Notes under the pieces: generated by a model
Databases searched by the model: none
What the model saw: only the letters and a program-made list of their open reading frames with translations
What the model was told of the DNA's origin: nothing
Shown here: piece by piece, positions 24,654 through 35,790 of the stretch
Position numbering within the stretch: position 1 is the first letter of the stretch
Layout: the number at the start of each line of letters is the position of its first letter
Translations under genes and position numbers: made by a program
Assembly (NCBI GenBank): GCA_951804945.1
Contig: OX638150.1
Span: forward strand, 69,378,001 to 69,442,000
Length of the DNA: 64,000 nucleotides
Source: Podarcis cretensis
Lineage: Eukaryota
Direction of reading: 5' to 3'

Positions 24654-27600
24654 TCTCTCCACCCTGCCTCTCACACACAGGTTCCCCCTTGCCCACCAGC
24701 GTCCAACCCTTCCAGGTAGGAGGAAGAAAGTAATGTTGGGCACCTTTTTTTTGCCATAGAAAACTGTTGCTACTGAAACTTGCTAGCTTGCTGCCCCCAG
24801 ATCTCAGAGGCTGGATCATTCCCAACTGCCAAGTCACCTCTAGCCTCAAATTCCACAAGGGAGGTTGATGGGGAAAGTGCAGAGCTGCTACTCTGACTGC
24901 CTTCCCTGTGGGCAAGAGGGTTTCCTCATTGCCTTGCCCTCCATTTTGGGTGTAGCAGTTCTGATACACAGATGAGAAATCTCAGGTTAAATGTGGCCCT
25001 CAGGCCTCTTTATCTGACCCTGGGGTCTCTCTGAAGCCAACAGCCTTTCCCCAAGACATGCCCTGTACAGTAGCCCTACTTTCCACCCCCTCGGGCTGTT
25101 TTTGCCTATCTGGTTTTGTTCTGCTAATGCCTCCTGTCTGACTGGATGGAGGACAGGCAGGCCCTATCCACTGTTAGCATGTGGCCCCCAGAAGGTTGCT
25201 CAATGAGGAATGTGGCTCCCAGATGGAAAATGATTCTTCACCCCTGTTGTAAAAGCATTATTTACAACAGAGTGTGAGGGCACCACAGGGGTGGAAGTTG
25301 AGGCAGTCTGCACTTGTGGGAGCTGGTCAGAAGGGGAAGGCCTGGGCCCTGCCCTGCCTGTGTCCCGGCCCCTCGCCTTGTCCTCCATTGTGTTCTGGGC
25401 TTGATGAAGCGCTGGTGGCAGCAGGGGGCTGCGGTGGTGGGGCTGCATGCAGCTCCCTGCCATGGAAAACAAAGCCAGCGCTTGATTTGAGATGGAATTT
25501 GCCCCTTGTATATTATTCCAGCAATTCAGAAATAATTTCCACTTACTCACAGATGATGATTCTATATTTAATCTCTCCTCTCTCGGATGAACATAAAATG
25601 CCAGTTTCTACATCTCTGCAATTTCTCACTGTTTAGTCAGCCAGTCTTTCGGTGGCAGCGAAAGAGACTTCCTTGCCTTAGCCATGATGTTTTTTTTTCT
25701 GCTGTCAAAAGGTTTAATAAACAATTCTTACCCTCTTGGCATGCATCACTCAAGTAAGCCAGAGCTTCTTATCTGCACATTTGACAGAAGGTTTTGTTGT
25801 TATATTTCCATTGTGAGTCAGACCCTCCCCCTCCAACGCTCTAACGTTTAGCTCTTCCTCCAATGGACGGGGTTCTCTGTCTTCTTTCTAGCCCACGCTA
25901 GACTAGGGGGTTGCAAGACTTTCTCTCATTCCCTCTAGCTGGAATTCTAGGGGTTGCCAGAAGATTCTGGAAAATCTCTTACCTTTGCAGAGCCCAGGTG
26001 AGGGTGAGCTTGAGGTGACAGCTCAGTGGGATCCATGGGGCTCAGCTGTGCTGTAGGAGCTTATTTCTAGACAATGAGCTTCTATCTTTCCCTCCAAGGG
26101 AATAACTGTTTGCTGGGGGCCACATTTATAACTCTGTGCTACTTCCAAAATCACCATCCTCTGGATTCAGTCTCACAAAGCCATCTTTTCTCCTCCTCCT
26201 CCTCCTCCTTCTTCTCCTTCTTCTTTTTCAGCCAGAAGAACTGTTAGCATATGTCAGTGGATCTGCTAATTTTGACATCATTCTGCCATTTAGATATGGA
26301 TTTTTGAAGTCTACATAGAGGTTTGGTTTTGAAAGCAATGGAATGGAATGGAATGGGGGAAGTCCATGGTGATGGAGACAAAATGGTGGGAAAGGCAAGG
26401 GCTAATGAATCATGTTCATCTGGGCCATGCTGTTCTATCATGCAAAATGGAGATGGGGCCCATCTTTGGGGGGCTTTAGTGTGGCCTGGTCACTGATGGT
26501 GGACAAATGGGAAGTAACCATCAGTTTCTCTCAAAGCCCTTTGTTCCAAGCACCTGAAATGTACCTGGAGTTAGATCTTCAGCAGAAACTAGTTTTTACC
26601 TGGCAGTGTGTGAATGAAGGAAGACCTGGTGGGGTCATCTTGTGTTTTAATACTGACATTGCTTTCACTTTGGGACTGGTACTACTTGCACCATGGACTT
26701 GCTACTGCGGCCCTGTAATACCCATTCAGCCTTTACGGATTAGTAAATAAAAAATAATGATTACAACACCACAAGTCTCTAGGGCTCTTTTCTTCAAAAG
26801 AAGCTGCCTATGTAAAAGCTGCCCTGAGCATTTTTAGACAAAGAATGCTGAACTAGATAGACCTCAGTCTGATATGGCAAGCTGGTTAAGAACCTGAGGA
26901 CAAGTACAAATATTATATTTTTGTGGCGGCTTCCCTCTTTATAGCTGTCTTCAGATTGTTTATAGCTCTCTTCAGTCTCATCATTATGCTTGGGGTAGAT
27001 TCCCATTTACATCTAGTTAGTTCCTTCTAGCAACAGTTTAGCTGCCTATTAATTTTTTTATATCCTACCTTTCCTCCAAAGAGCTTCAAGTGACATATTT
27101 GGTTCTCTTCCCTTCCACGGCCTTCCCCTGAGGCTAAGCTGAGCAAGAGTGTCTGGCCTAAGATTACCCTGCGAGCTTCCTGGCAAATGAGGATGTGAGC
27201 CAGGTTCTTCCCAGTCCTAGCCCAACCTTTTAGCCCAGGGGTACTGGGAGGAGATATCGGTATCTCCCCAACCCCTCTCTCGCCAAGTTGGACAGACAGG
27301 AAGAATCACCCATCAGTGATGGCAGGTAACCTTTTTTGCCTACAGGGGTCTTCAGAAGTCCCCATCAAAGCACTCTCTCAAGCTGCACTTTGAAAGAGCT
27401 TCAGGACATCTGACAACCAGCTGATTGTTGAGTCTCCAGAAGCTGCTTTTGAAGGGACGGGCACTTTGAAACGGACTTCTGAAGAACTGAGAAGTCAATC
27501 TAGTCTAGCACATATTTTGGTGTGGCAGCCCCAAGGAATAGCCACATGATCATTAAGGGGATCCAACAAATGCCAGAAGTAATGCCTGCAAGGTATGCAA

Positions 27601-28269
27601 GAGCTGTAGGTGTCTTGGGGGGCATGGGGGATGTCATATGAAGGCATATAGTGAATGTGTGCACATTCTGAAATTTGCAGGTGAAAACAGGACATAAAAG
27701 AAATGAAAGCACAATAGTTGTGTCTGTGAAGGATGCACTGGTTTATTTTTCATTTATGGCCCACCTTCCTTCCATTCCATGATGGAAACCAAGGTGGCAT
27801 ACTTTGGGTTCCCAAGAGGAGTCTCGCTTCCAGGCCCTGATCAAAGCCAGAACTGCTTAGCTGCAGCAAGGTGCTCGCCTCATGTGCTGAGTCTGAGAGG
27901 TGCTTGGGGTGGAGCATGAAGGGAGCTCAGGAAGTCGTGAGACAGGCAAGTGAGTCCAGGGATATTTGCATTGCACATGTGAAATGTCTGGCAAGGAGAA
28001 CCTGTAGGAAGCATGTAGGTGGATCGAAAATCTTGGAAGCCTGACAGGAGTGTGAGGGAAATCACTCTACTGTCAGGCTTCCAATCCCTTCCGGCACAAG
28101 TGGGCATTCTGGCATGAGGGGTGCATGTGGGAAGCCCACAGACGAGGACTGGATATGTGGGGGGCTTTGTGGGAGGCAAACGGGTGGGTGTGGAGCATGT
28201 GGGGAAGGGGTATATGTGGGGAGCAGGTGGAAAGTGTGCAGGTGGGCGGGGAGCAGGCGGGGAGCAGGC

Positions 28270-28430
28270 TCGGCGTTAATTCCCCTGCATTCCATTCTGT
28301 TTAATTGCTTATTAAATTCTAAGCAGCCAATTATCAGCAGCAATTACAGCTCCGCGCAGTGACACAATCGCCGCTTTAGCATTTGTTAATCAAATGCTTA
28401 TTTAGGAGTCCGCTTTATTAGCTGTTGTTG
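28270..28430. promoter_or_regulatory. Candidate intronic enhancer / conserved non-coding element
   Basis: At least 7 TAAT/ATTA cores, a SOX-like ACAAT and retained CpGs in 160 bp; conservation not tested. Confidence 0.4.
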
Positions 28431-29532
28431 GAAGGAGAGCCCAGTCCCTGAGGCTGGAGGAAGGGAGCTTCAGGGTTCCCCCCTCCCCACATTCTCTTGC
28501 CTTCCATGATGCGCCTTCTCTCCCTTTGGGTTTCAAATGCCTCTTCTCCTGAGATGTGCCAGATAGGCAGGCCAATCATCCAGAGTGTGTAGAAACCAAA
28601 GCAGCAGCCACCATTTGGTGCCTCTCCATGAAGGCATCGGTTCAGGACATTGGGAATGAAGTGTTCATGCACCCATCACTGGGGACCGTGACTCAGTGGC
28701 AGAGCCCATGTTTTGTACATAGAAGATCCCAGTTTCAATCCAGGTGGAAGAATCTGCCATGCAGCAGACTGAAGCAAGCTGATTCTGGAGGCCAAGCAGG
28801 GAGTGGGAGGAATAAATGCGGCAGGAATTTAATGTCTGCGTAGCACGACTTTAAAAAAGTGATGGCTAGGGCATCCTTTGGCATCTGCTTCAGCTAAAGT
28901 CTTGGTCGAGTGGTGAAGATCCGGTAGCAGGTGATGGGGAAAGCCATTCCTTGGAAAGCTGATGCCAGTCAATGAACAAAGAGTCTGACCTGGTATAATT
29001 CAGTTTCCTATGATCTGGAGTAACGCACATGTGAAACTCTGCTTTATACAGCCGGAAGAAAGGGCCTCAGGGATATCCTGAGAGAAAACAACAACCCCTG
29101 CCCCCAGTCTAGCCAATGGCGTTATTGAACATTCACTTTGAGTGCTGTAGCTGCATTGCCTTGGGGAAGGGCGCTGCCTCATTTCAGCCACATCCAGGTA
29201 GCCACAGCCAATCAGGGACAAGGAGATTGTCCCCAGTCAAGAGGCAGGAGGATGAGATAGGCAGCTACTGGCAACTAATTGGCTCCCTTTTTGCAATAAC
29301 GGTACATGTTTTATGCATCTGGGCATGAAAAGAACCATTCCAGATATGAACAGAGAGATGGGCGAAATGTGCAAAGAGATCGTCCTGTGATGTAGAAATT
29401 GAGTGCATGATTTGATGGTACGTCTGTTCCAGGTCAGCACTGAAACGTGTGTGTGTGCCCGTGTGATCAGAGTGATTAAATAGACTCTCACATGAACAAA
29501 ATGTCAATGTAGGGCCTCTTAAGGGCAAGTGA

Positions 29533-29949
29533 AGGAAGGATGTCACTTCTTTTAAACATGCAGGAAATTTCAGTTCAATAAACAAAACTACTGCTATGTA
29601 TAATTAGAGGGGGAAATGTATTTCTCTTCACTTTTGGCTTGTCTACCAAATAATAATCCCTAAGACAGCAACACCCTACAGCCAACGTGGCTTTGGAGGG
29701 GGAATTCAAGTCTCATCCATGCTAAAGACCCAAAATGTAGGAAAGATGTCACTTCTTTTAAACATGCAGGAAATTTCAGTTCAATAAACAAAACTACTGC
29801 TATGTATAATTAGAGGGGGAAATGTATTTCTCTTCACTTTTGGCTTGTCTACCAAATAATAATCCCTAAGACAGCAACACCCTACAGCCAACGTGGCTTT
29901 GGAGGGGGAATTCAAGTCTCATCCATGCTAAAGACCCAAAATGTAGGAA
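29533..29949. repeat. Tandem duplication, 2 x 206 bp, with AGGAA microhomology
   Basis: 29533-29738 and 29739-29944 differ only at 29538 (g) vs 29744 (a); AGGAA occurs at 29533, 29739 and 29945. Confidence 0.95.
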
Positions 29950-29995
29950 TGCATTGGCACTGATATTAGCTGTGCACTACCATTTTTTGTGATTA

Positions 29996-30237
29996 CAGTG
30001 GTACCTTGGTTCTCGAACTTAATCCATTCTGGGAGTCCGTTCGACTCCTGAAACTGTTTGAAAACCAAGGCACGGCTTCTGATTGGCTGCAGGAGCTTCC
30101 TACACTCAAGCAGAAGCCGCGACAGATGTTCAGTTTCTGAAAAGTGTTCACAAACCGAAACACTTACTTCCAAGTTTGCAGTGTTCGGGAGCCAATTTTT
30201 TCGACAACTAAACCATTTGAAAACCAAGGTACCACTG
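29996..30237. mobile_element. Tc1/mariner(pogo)-type MITE, same TIR family as 5029-5255
   Basis: TIR CAGTGGTACCTTGGTT...AACCAAGGTACCACTG, TA TSD, 242 bp. Confidence 0.88.
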
Positions 30238-30254
30238 TACTATTAGCACTAGGT

Positions 30255-30498
30255 CAGGGGTGCCCAAACTTTTTTCAAAGGGAGCCAGATTTGATGAAGT
30301 GAACATGCATGAGGGCCGACTGAAGTTGTTGAGCTTTTTTTAGATTTAACCCCAAAGTTGCTGAGCTGCTTTTACAATTTTACCCCAAAGTTGTTGAGTT
30401 TTTTGGGATTTTACCCCAAGACATATACATATACTGCCACAGGGGCCAGATTAAATCGACCGGCGGGCCAAATTAGGCCCCTGAAATGGACATGCCTG
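30255..30498. mobile_element. hAT-type MITE
   Basis: CAGGGGTGCCCAAAC...GGACATGCCTG; 8-bp TSD CACTAGGT / CACTAGAT (7/8). Confidence 0.75.
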
Positions 30499-30567
30499 CA
30501 CTAGATGGAAAGGCATAGCTATGGAGGTTTTACCCTGAAATGCTAGTTTTGGATACAGACTGGAAGA

Positions 30568-31092
30568 ATTTATTTATAAAACTTATACCCCACCATAGGA
30601 AATCAAGTCAGATAATGAAATCAAGCAAACAAATATCATATACACCCTCATTCAAAACAGCAAGAATAATAAACCCCGTGTTAATATAATGAGCCAAAAA
30701 TAATGACTGTCATTATGTGACCGATGAATAACATAGAATAAAAAAAATATTCTGGGAACAGCAGTCAAACTGCAAGTAGCAATATCAATTAAATCGCATA
30801 GTATTTATGAAGATCCAAGTTTCACCAACTGCTGAAAACATTATTACAGCACCTTGGGGGCCTTGGCAGAGAGGTAGTAAATAATTGCAAAAAAACAAAC
30901 AAATAAGAGTGCCAGGGCCTGACTGATCTCAGCTGGCAGGGCGTTCTGCAGGGTGAGTGTCACTGAAGAAAAAGCCCCATGTGCGGCAGCTAAGCTGTTT
31001 GCTTCACAGAGTCAATGAATCTGGAGCAGTGTGTCAGGTGATGACCAGAGCATGCAGGGAGAACCATATGGAAGGAGGTTGGTCCTTCAGAA
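30568..31092 (-). mobile_element. Degenerate L2-type LINE 3' fragment
   Basis: TTTATTTAT tail with TATACCCCACC motif; minus strand reads CTGAAGGACC...GGGCTTTTTCTTCAGTGACACTCACCCTGCAGAACGCCCTGCC, like the L2 ORF2 end. Confidence 0.45.
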
Positions 31093-31379
31093 AAAAACAT
31101 ATTGAAGGTTCTTTTTAATCAGCTTTGCTGCAGGGAGAAAGGAGTTAGTATGCTGATGTGGCTGTGTAGTGCATGTGCACTTTGCAGGTTTTCATTCAGA
31201 GATGAAGACTGTGAAACTATCCACACCCCAAGAGGGGGTGCAGCAATTGAGCCAGCATCGTTCCTGTTCCACTTCTCCCTTTGCACCTCCCTCTCTTCTG
31301 CTTGGTGGTGGTGCGGGGGGGGGGGGGAGGCAGAAAGATTCCTGCTTCCATGTCAATAGGAAAGGAGGCTGCATCTCTC

Positions 31380-31455
31380 AGCCCCACCAATTAATGTTAA
31401 TCTTCAATTAAAGCTTTTGTTTATTGATCAATTGATCATATTGATTTAAGCTTGC
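31380..31455. promoter_or_regulatory. Candidate ONECUT/CUX/homeodomain site cluster
   Basis: Three ATTGAT, the 14-bp palindrome TGATCAATTGATCA, and multiple TAAT/ATTA. Confidence 0.35.
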
Positions 31456-32859
31456 AGAACTAGATAGTGTATTGGACGGAGAGGCCTGAGGTGTGTTAGG
31501 GTCCCTCTCAGCTGCAGATTCTCTCGTTTGCCTCAGTTCATGATCTGTCCAATGGAAATTTAAAAAATGACTACCTCACAAGGTTCTTGGATGCATAATG
31601 ACCAAAAAGATTCTTGTTAGTTTTGCTTATTATGGATTTATCCCACCCTTTTCAACCAGGAATTCAGGGTGTCATATGCAGGTTCTCACAACAACCCTGT
31701 GAGGTACGTTAGGCCGAGAGATAACAACTTGTCCAGGTCAGCCAGTAAGCTTAGTGTCTACATAGGGATTTGAACCTGGACTTCTCTGGTCTAAAGGTCA
31801 AAGAAGATGTGATAGCAGAAAGACTTTGATCAGATTTCTAGCGGTCCCACCCCCCCTTTAAGGGGGACTGATTCTGAAAAGATGATCGTCTCTTGGAATT
31901 ACTACTCTCCTTATGGGGCAAAACATACAAAAGTAACATATGGTGATCAGGTGTATGTGCACAGAATTGGGAATATTATTGCTTTATTATTTTGTTTGCT
32001 AGTTGACTAATGCCAAATGGTCTTTAGGTGACTCACAACAATTCTAAAGCTTGCAAAATTTTAGAACAACAAAGATAAAGCAACATTATAACATTTCACC
32101 CACCCCACCCCAAAACCAACAGCTCAGATTTGAAATAATTACAGCACAGGAACTGGCACATCACATGCCTGCGAAAAGAGCAGTGTGGGAGCACAATGCA
32201 CTGAAACTGCTCCTATCCCATGTGGTGTGTGGATGATAGGTAGCAAAGGGTAGGTCCATTCAGGCTTGGGAACTACCTGCATATTACAAATAATCTCTAG
32301 CATAGAGACACTAGGAAGCTTAGGAGGAGGTGGTGGTGGTGGCGGTAGTTGTTGATCAGATACATTCAATGTACATTTAAAGTCCCCCATGAGAATCCTG
32401 GGAACCATAGTTTGCTTGTTTGCAACGTTTTAAAATAATTATTTCATTTTATAATGTATATAAAACAAGAGAGAGCAGTTATAACAACAGACGGAAATTA
32501 AAAGATGAAAGACAAACCTATAAAAGAGGCAAGTAGAAGGTGACCAGTTGCACCTGGGTTAAAATCACGAAGTCCAAGTAAAGACGATCTTGAATCATAG
32601 TTTGTTAAGGTGGCTTAGCACGGTAGCTCGGTGAGGAGGGAAACTACCGTCCTTAGGCTTCTTTGGGGGAAGTCAGGTGCTGTAAATGTGCACTGGGTGT
32701 GCTTTAAATGTACAGCAACAGGTGGGCCGGGAAGATGAGTAAGGGGAGCAGTCAGGTGCCGAGGAGGACAGGACACTCCAGTGCCCGTCTTCGGTGGTGG
32801 TGTTGTACAGTACAAGACGGCACTTGGGCGGCTGCAGCTTATCTCATCATTGTAATGCT

Positions 32860-33620
32860 GCAGGAGTGAAAATCCCCTCTTGTTGCGCGCAACCCTGAGA
32901 GGTGCAGGAGCCTGCGCTGCGCTAAACCGGCCCTTCCTGCTGAGGAGGAAGGGAGCAGCAGCAGCAGCAACAATGGCAGAGCTTCCGAGGGGGCTGCTGA
33001 AAAGGGATGCAGAAGGGAGCGGCGGGGCAGGCGAGCAGAAGCGCCCGCTGCGAGGAAGGAGGCCTGTCCGAAAGGGGCGCGCGTGTTGCGGCTAGAGAAG
33101 CGGCCACGCGAAGTCCCCGCGTGTTTTGCTCAGGCTCGCCGCAATCCTGCTCCCGCCAAAGGAGCAGCGCGGGGCCTCCCTTTTGCCGCGGCCGGTTTGC
33201 CTCGGCGAGCAGGCCTTTGCCGGCCTCCCCGCACGGGCCGCGGGGTCGGAGCTGGAGGCCTCGGGGTTGCCTGCGGTGGCGCTGCCCTTGCGGAGAGAGG
33301 CGCCTGGAGGCCCGGCGAAAGCGCGGCTGGGAGGCGGAGGGGAGGGAGCGGGATCAGCTCAGCGTGGCATGACGAGACGAGGCCCCCGGAGAAGTGAGCT
33401 ATGTCCCTTATTGGTCACACTACATTTCTTTTTCATTAGCAGTTAAATGCAGACATGAGGGATCGGCGCAGGTTCACTGGGCGCGCGCCGTGCGGCATTT
33501 CCGGCCGTGATGGATTAGCCCCGGTGGAGGCGGCGGGGACGAGGGCGGGAGGGGGGAAAGCCTGCTGTCAGCAGCCCCAGCTGTAGACGCCTGTCATGGG
33601 GGGAGGTTGGGGGGGGGACA
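32860..33620. promoter_or_regulatory. Intronic CpG island, candidate alternative UNC5A promoter
   Basis: Abrupt GC- and CpG-rich segment in otherwise CpG-depleted DNA, with no recognisable TE termini. GC box GGGCGG (~33543), ATTGG (~33410), ETS-like TTTCCGG (~33497). Confidence 0.75.
33369..33393 (+). CDS. Candidate coding part of an alternative first exon of UNC5A (MTRRGPRR-)
   Basis: ggcATG (G at -3) ... AGA A|gtgagc donor; phase 1 matches exon 2, giving MTRRGPRRSAQQSATV. Confidence 0.4.
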
Positions 33621-34764
33621 CCGTGACACACGTCTCAGCAAATAGGAAGGACAGGGAGAAGAACCAGGGCCTCGCATTAGGGTCCAGGGATGAGGGCACA
33701 GTGGCGGATGAGGTGGGGCAGGCTGGGCGGGGAGTAAGTTGGTTGTGTATATCATAGGCAAGTGTATCTATTGGCATTTCCTCCTTGTGTCTGCTAGTTG
33801 CCAGCACATTCTCCCCATGTATGTGTTTTGCTGGTGAGCACTACTGGCTTTTTTGTTTTGTGAATGAGTCTGAAACCGTCCTCAGCATACACTTGTGCTT
33901 CAGAAATTCTGGAATTGTAGCGTCCAGGCACGTGGGCGAAGCAGAAGAAAATGTGGCGCTTTAAGCATTTGCATATACATTTTAGATGATAGGGCAATTG
34001 ACATTTTGAAGTGAAAGATTCCAGAATCCTTAAGTGTCAGACAAACTGTGTGCTGACCCCCACACTGAAGTGGATTGTAATCTCTATGTTAGCATTTATG
34101 TATTCTTTTTTTATAAAAAAAGTGTTATCAGCATCTAGCCCACCCCATTCCCAGGACAGCCAGCAACGTGCTATTTTACTGCAAAATTGCATCGCTTTAA
34201 CCTCATTTGTGCTATCCCAGCTCAACACAGGCCAGTGACAAATGGGAAGCAGTGCAAACATTGCGAAGATTTTTACCTAACACATATTGGAGGATATGTG
34301 GGTTGACTCTAGTGAGACAGAAGGCGGAGGGTTCTAGCTCTCCATATCTGGAGCAATGTGAGTTACATCTAATAGCTGGTTTTATCTGAGCCGATCATCT
34401 GATTGGGCTTCCTGTTCCTCAGGTGTAGGAAGCTGAATTTAAGGCATAAAGGAGGGAATTTAAACCTGAGCACTGTTCCTATCCATACATCGCAGGCTGC
34501 CCACTTGTCCCAGTAAGAAGCTAAAAGGGTATCTTTAGACTTAAGTTTGAAGAAGGAACCCCAAGTTCATCCAGGAACATTATTAACAAAGCAATGAGAT
34601 GGGATGGGGGTGTGTGATTGTAGGTTAAAGCCAAAGGGCATTGCCAGTATTTTGCTTGGGAAAGTACACACAGGCAAGTATCACAATTGTTAGTAGCATC
34701 AGGCATAACCAAAAGTTATTCCATATTGTGAACAGTCAGGAAGTAAAACAAACCTACACACATT

Positions 34765-34892
34765 CAATGAGCATCTGCTTCACAGGCAGAAGGCTGTGGG
34801 TTCAGTCGCGGGCATCTCTACCTAGGGGTGGGAGAGTGCAGGCAGTTTTGAACTAGATGACCCAGTGGTCAGACTCCGTATAAGGCAGCTGC
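34765..34892 (+). mobile_element. Degenerate tRNA-derived SINE; similar heads at ~28681, ~62811 and (minus) ~46390-46515
   Basis: GAGCATCTGCTT...CAGAAGG...GGTTCAGTC head; ACTAGATGACCCAGTGGTCAGACTCCGTATAAGGCAGCT tail. Confidence 0.5.
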
Positions 34893-35568
34893 CGACTACC
34901 GCACCATCTGTAAGTGTGCATTCCTGTTGAAGGCAGTATCTAGAACTATCGCCTCTGATTATCCCTGTTAATACACAAGCATGGGATGATGTATCATGTG
35001 GCATTGTAATGCTCTTAACTTACTCCTCTGAAATTTTCTGACATCTCCCACCAGCCTCCTAAAATCTTAAAAGAGTTACTGGTAAATGTCAAATTATGGT
35101 GAGTTTTTGACACTTGCCGGAGCATACTTAATAAAGAGGAAGTACCTCGGGGGGCTTTCTGTTGGCCCTTACCCCCAGTGGTGTTTGGTTGGATGCAGCA
35201 GGACTGAGAACATGGCCATCTGAGTTGGCTGTGGGGACAGCAGCATGGCTGAGAGCTCTTGCTGCAGTTGCTTTCATTAATGTTACAGACCAATTAACTG
35301 TGTAATTAGCCGAGATCCCCAAAGAGCTGCTGCTGCTCTGATTACAGTGAAGGAGAGTTGAAGCCGTGCCCTTTAACTGAAGAAGTTTGATCTTAGAGGA
35401 CTGCGGGGTTTGGTGGCCAGCAGAGCAAAGGCGTTTTGCATGTACTCTTGAGGTTTGGCATGAAATCCACCTACGCAAGGCCCATGGTGGAAACCTGACT
35501 CTTCATGGCCTCTGTGAATGTTGTGGTTGCTAGTGTGCCAGTTTCTAGCCCCTCTCCTCTCTGCCCAG

Positions 35569-35790
35569 GTGCCCAGCAGAGTGCCACAGTGCCCATCCCT
35601 GTGCCTGGCTCTTCCTCAGACCTGCTCCCTCACTTCCTGCTGGAACCGGAGGATGTTTACATTGTCAAGAACAAACCAGTGACACTGGCCTGCAAGGCCA
35701 CGCCTGCCACTCAGATCTACTTCAAGTGCAATGGCGAGTGGGTGCATCAGGGCGACCACATCATACAGCGCAGCATGAACAAAACCACGG
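35569..35790 (+). CDS. UNC5A: UNC5A exon 2 (Ig-like 1, N-part)
   Basis: cccag|GT GCC CAG CAG ... ACC ACG G|gtgagt; 222 nt; [13 protein letters not shown]...[18 protein letters not shown]. Confidence 0.96.

Noticed and set aside
29533-29949. CRISPR-like or satellite interpretation of the direct repeat
   Set aside because: Only two abutting 206-bp units, no spacers, eukaryotic context.
32402-32606. Possible short LINE tail inserted in a palindromic repeat (imperfect GAAYCATAGTTTGYT duplication)
   Set aside because: TSD is imperfect and the insert too degenerate to classify.
1-32800. Canonical UNC5A exon 1 (signal peptide)
   Set aside because: No Met-initiated hydrophobic leader with a phase-1 donor in a promoter-like context was found; it presumably lies upstream of the window.
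32880-33446. Multiple overlapping Arg/Gly/Ala-rich ORFs
   Set aside because: Expected scarcity of stop codons in a CpG island; only the ATG-donor segment at 33369-33393 was kept as a candidate.
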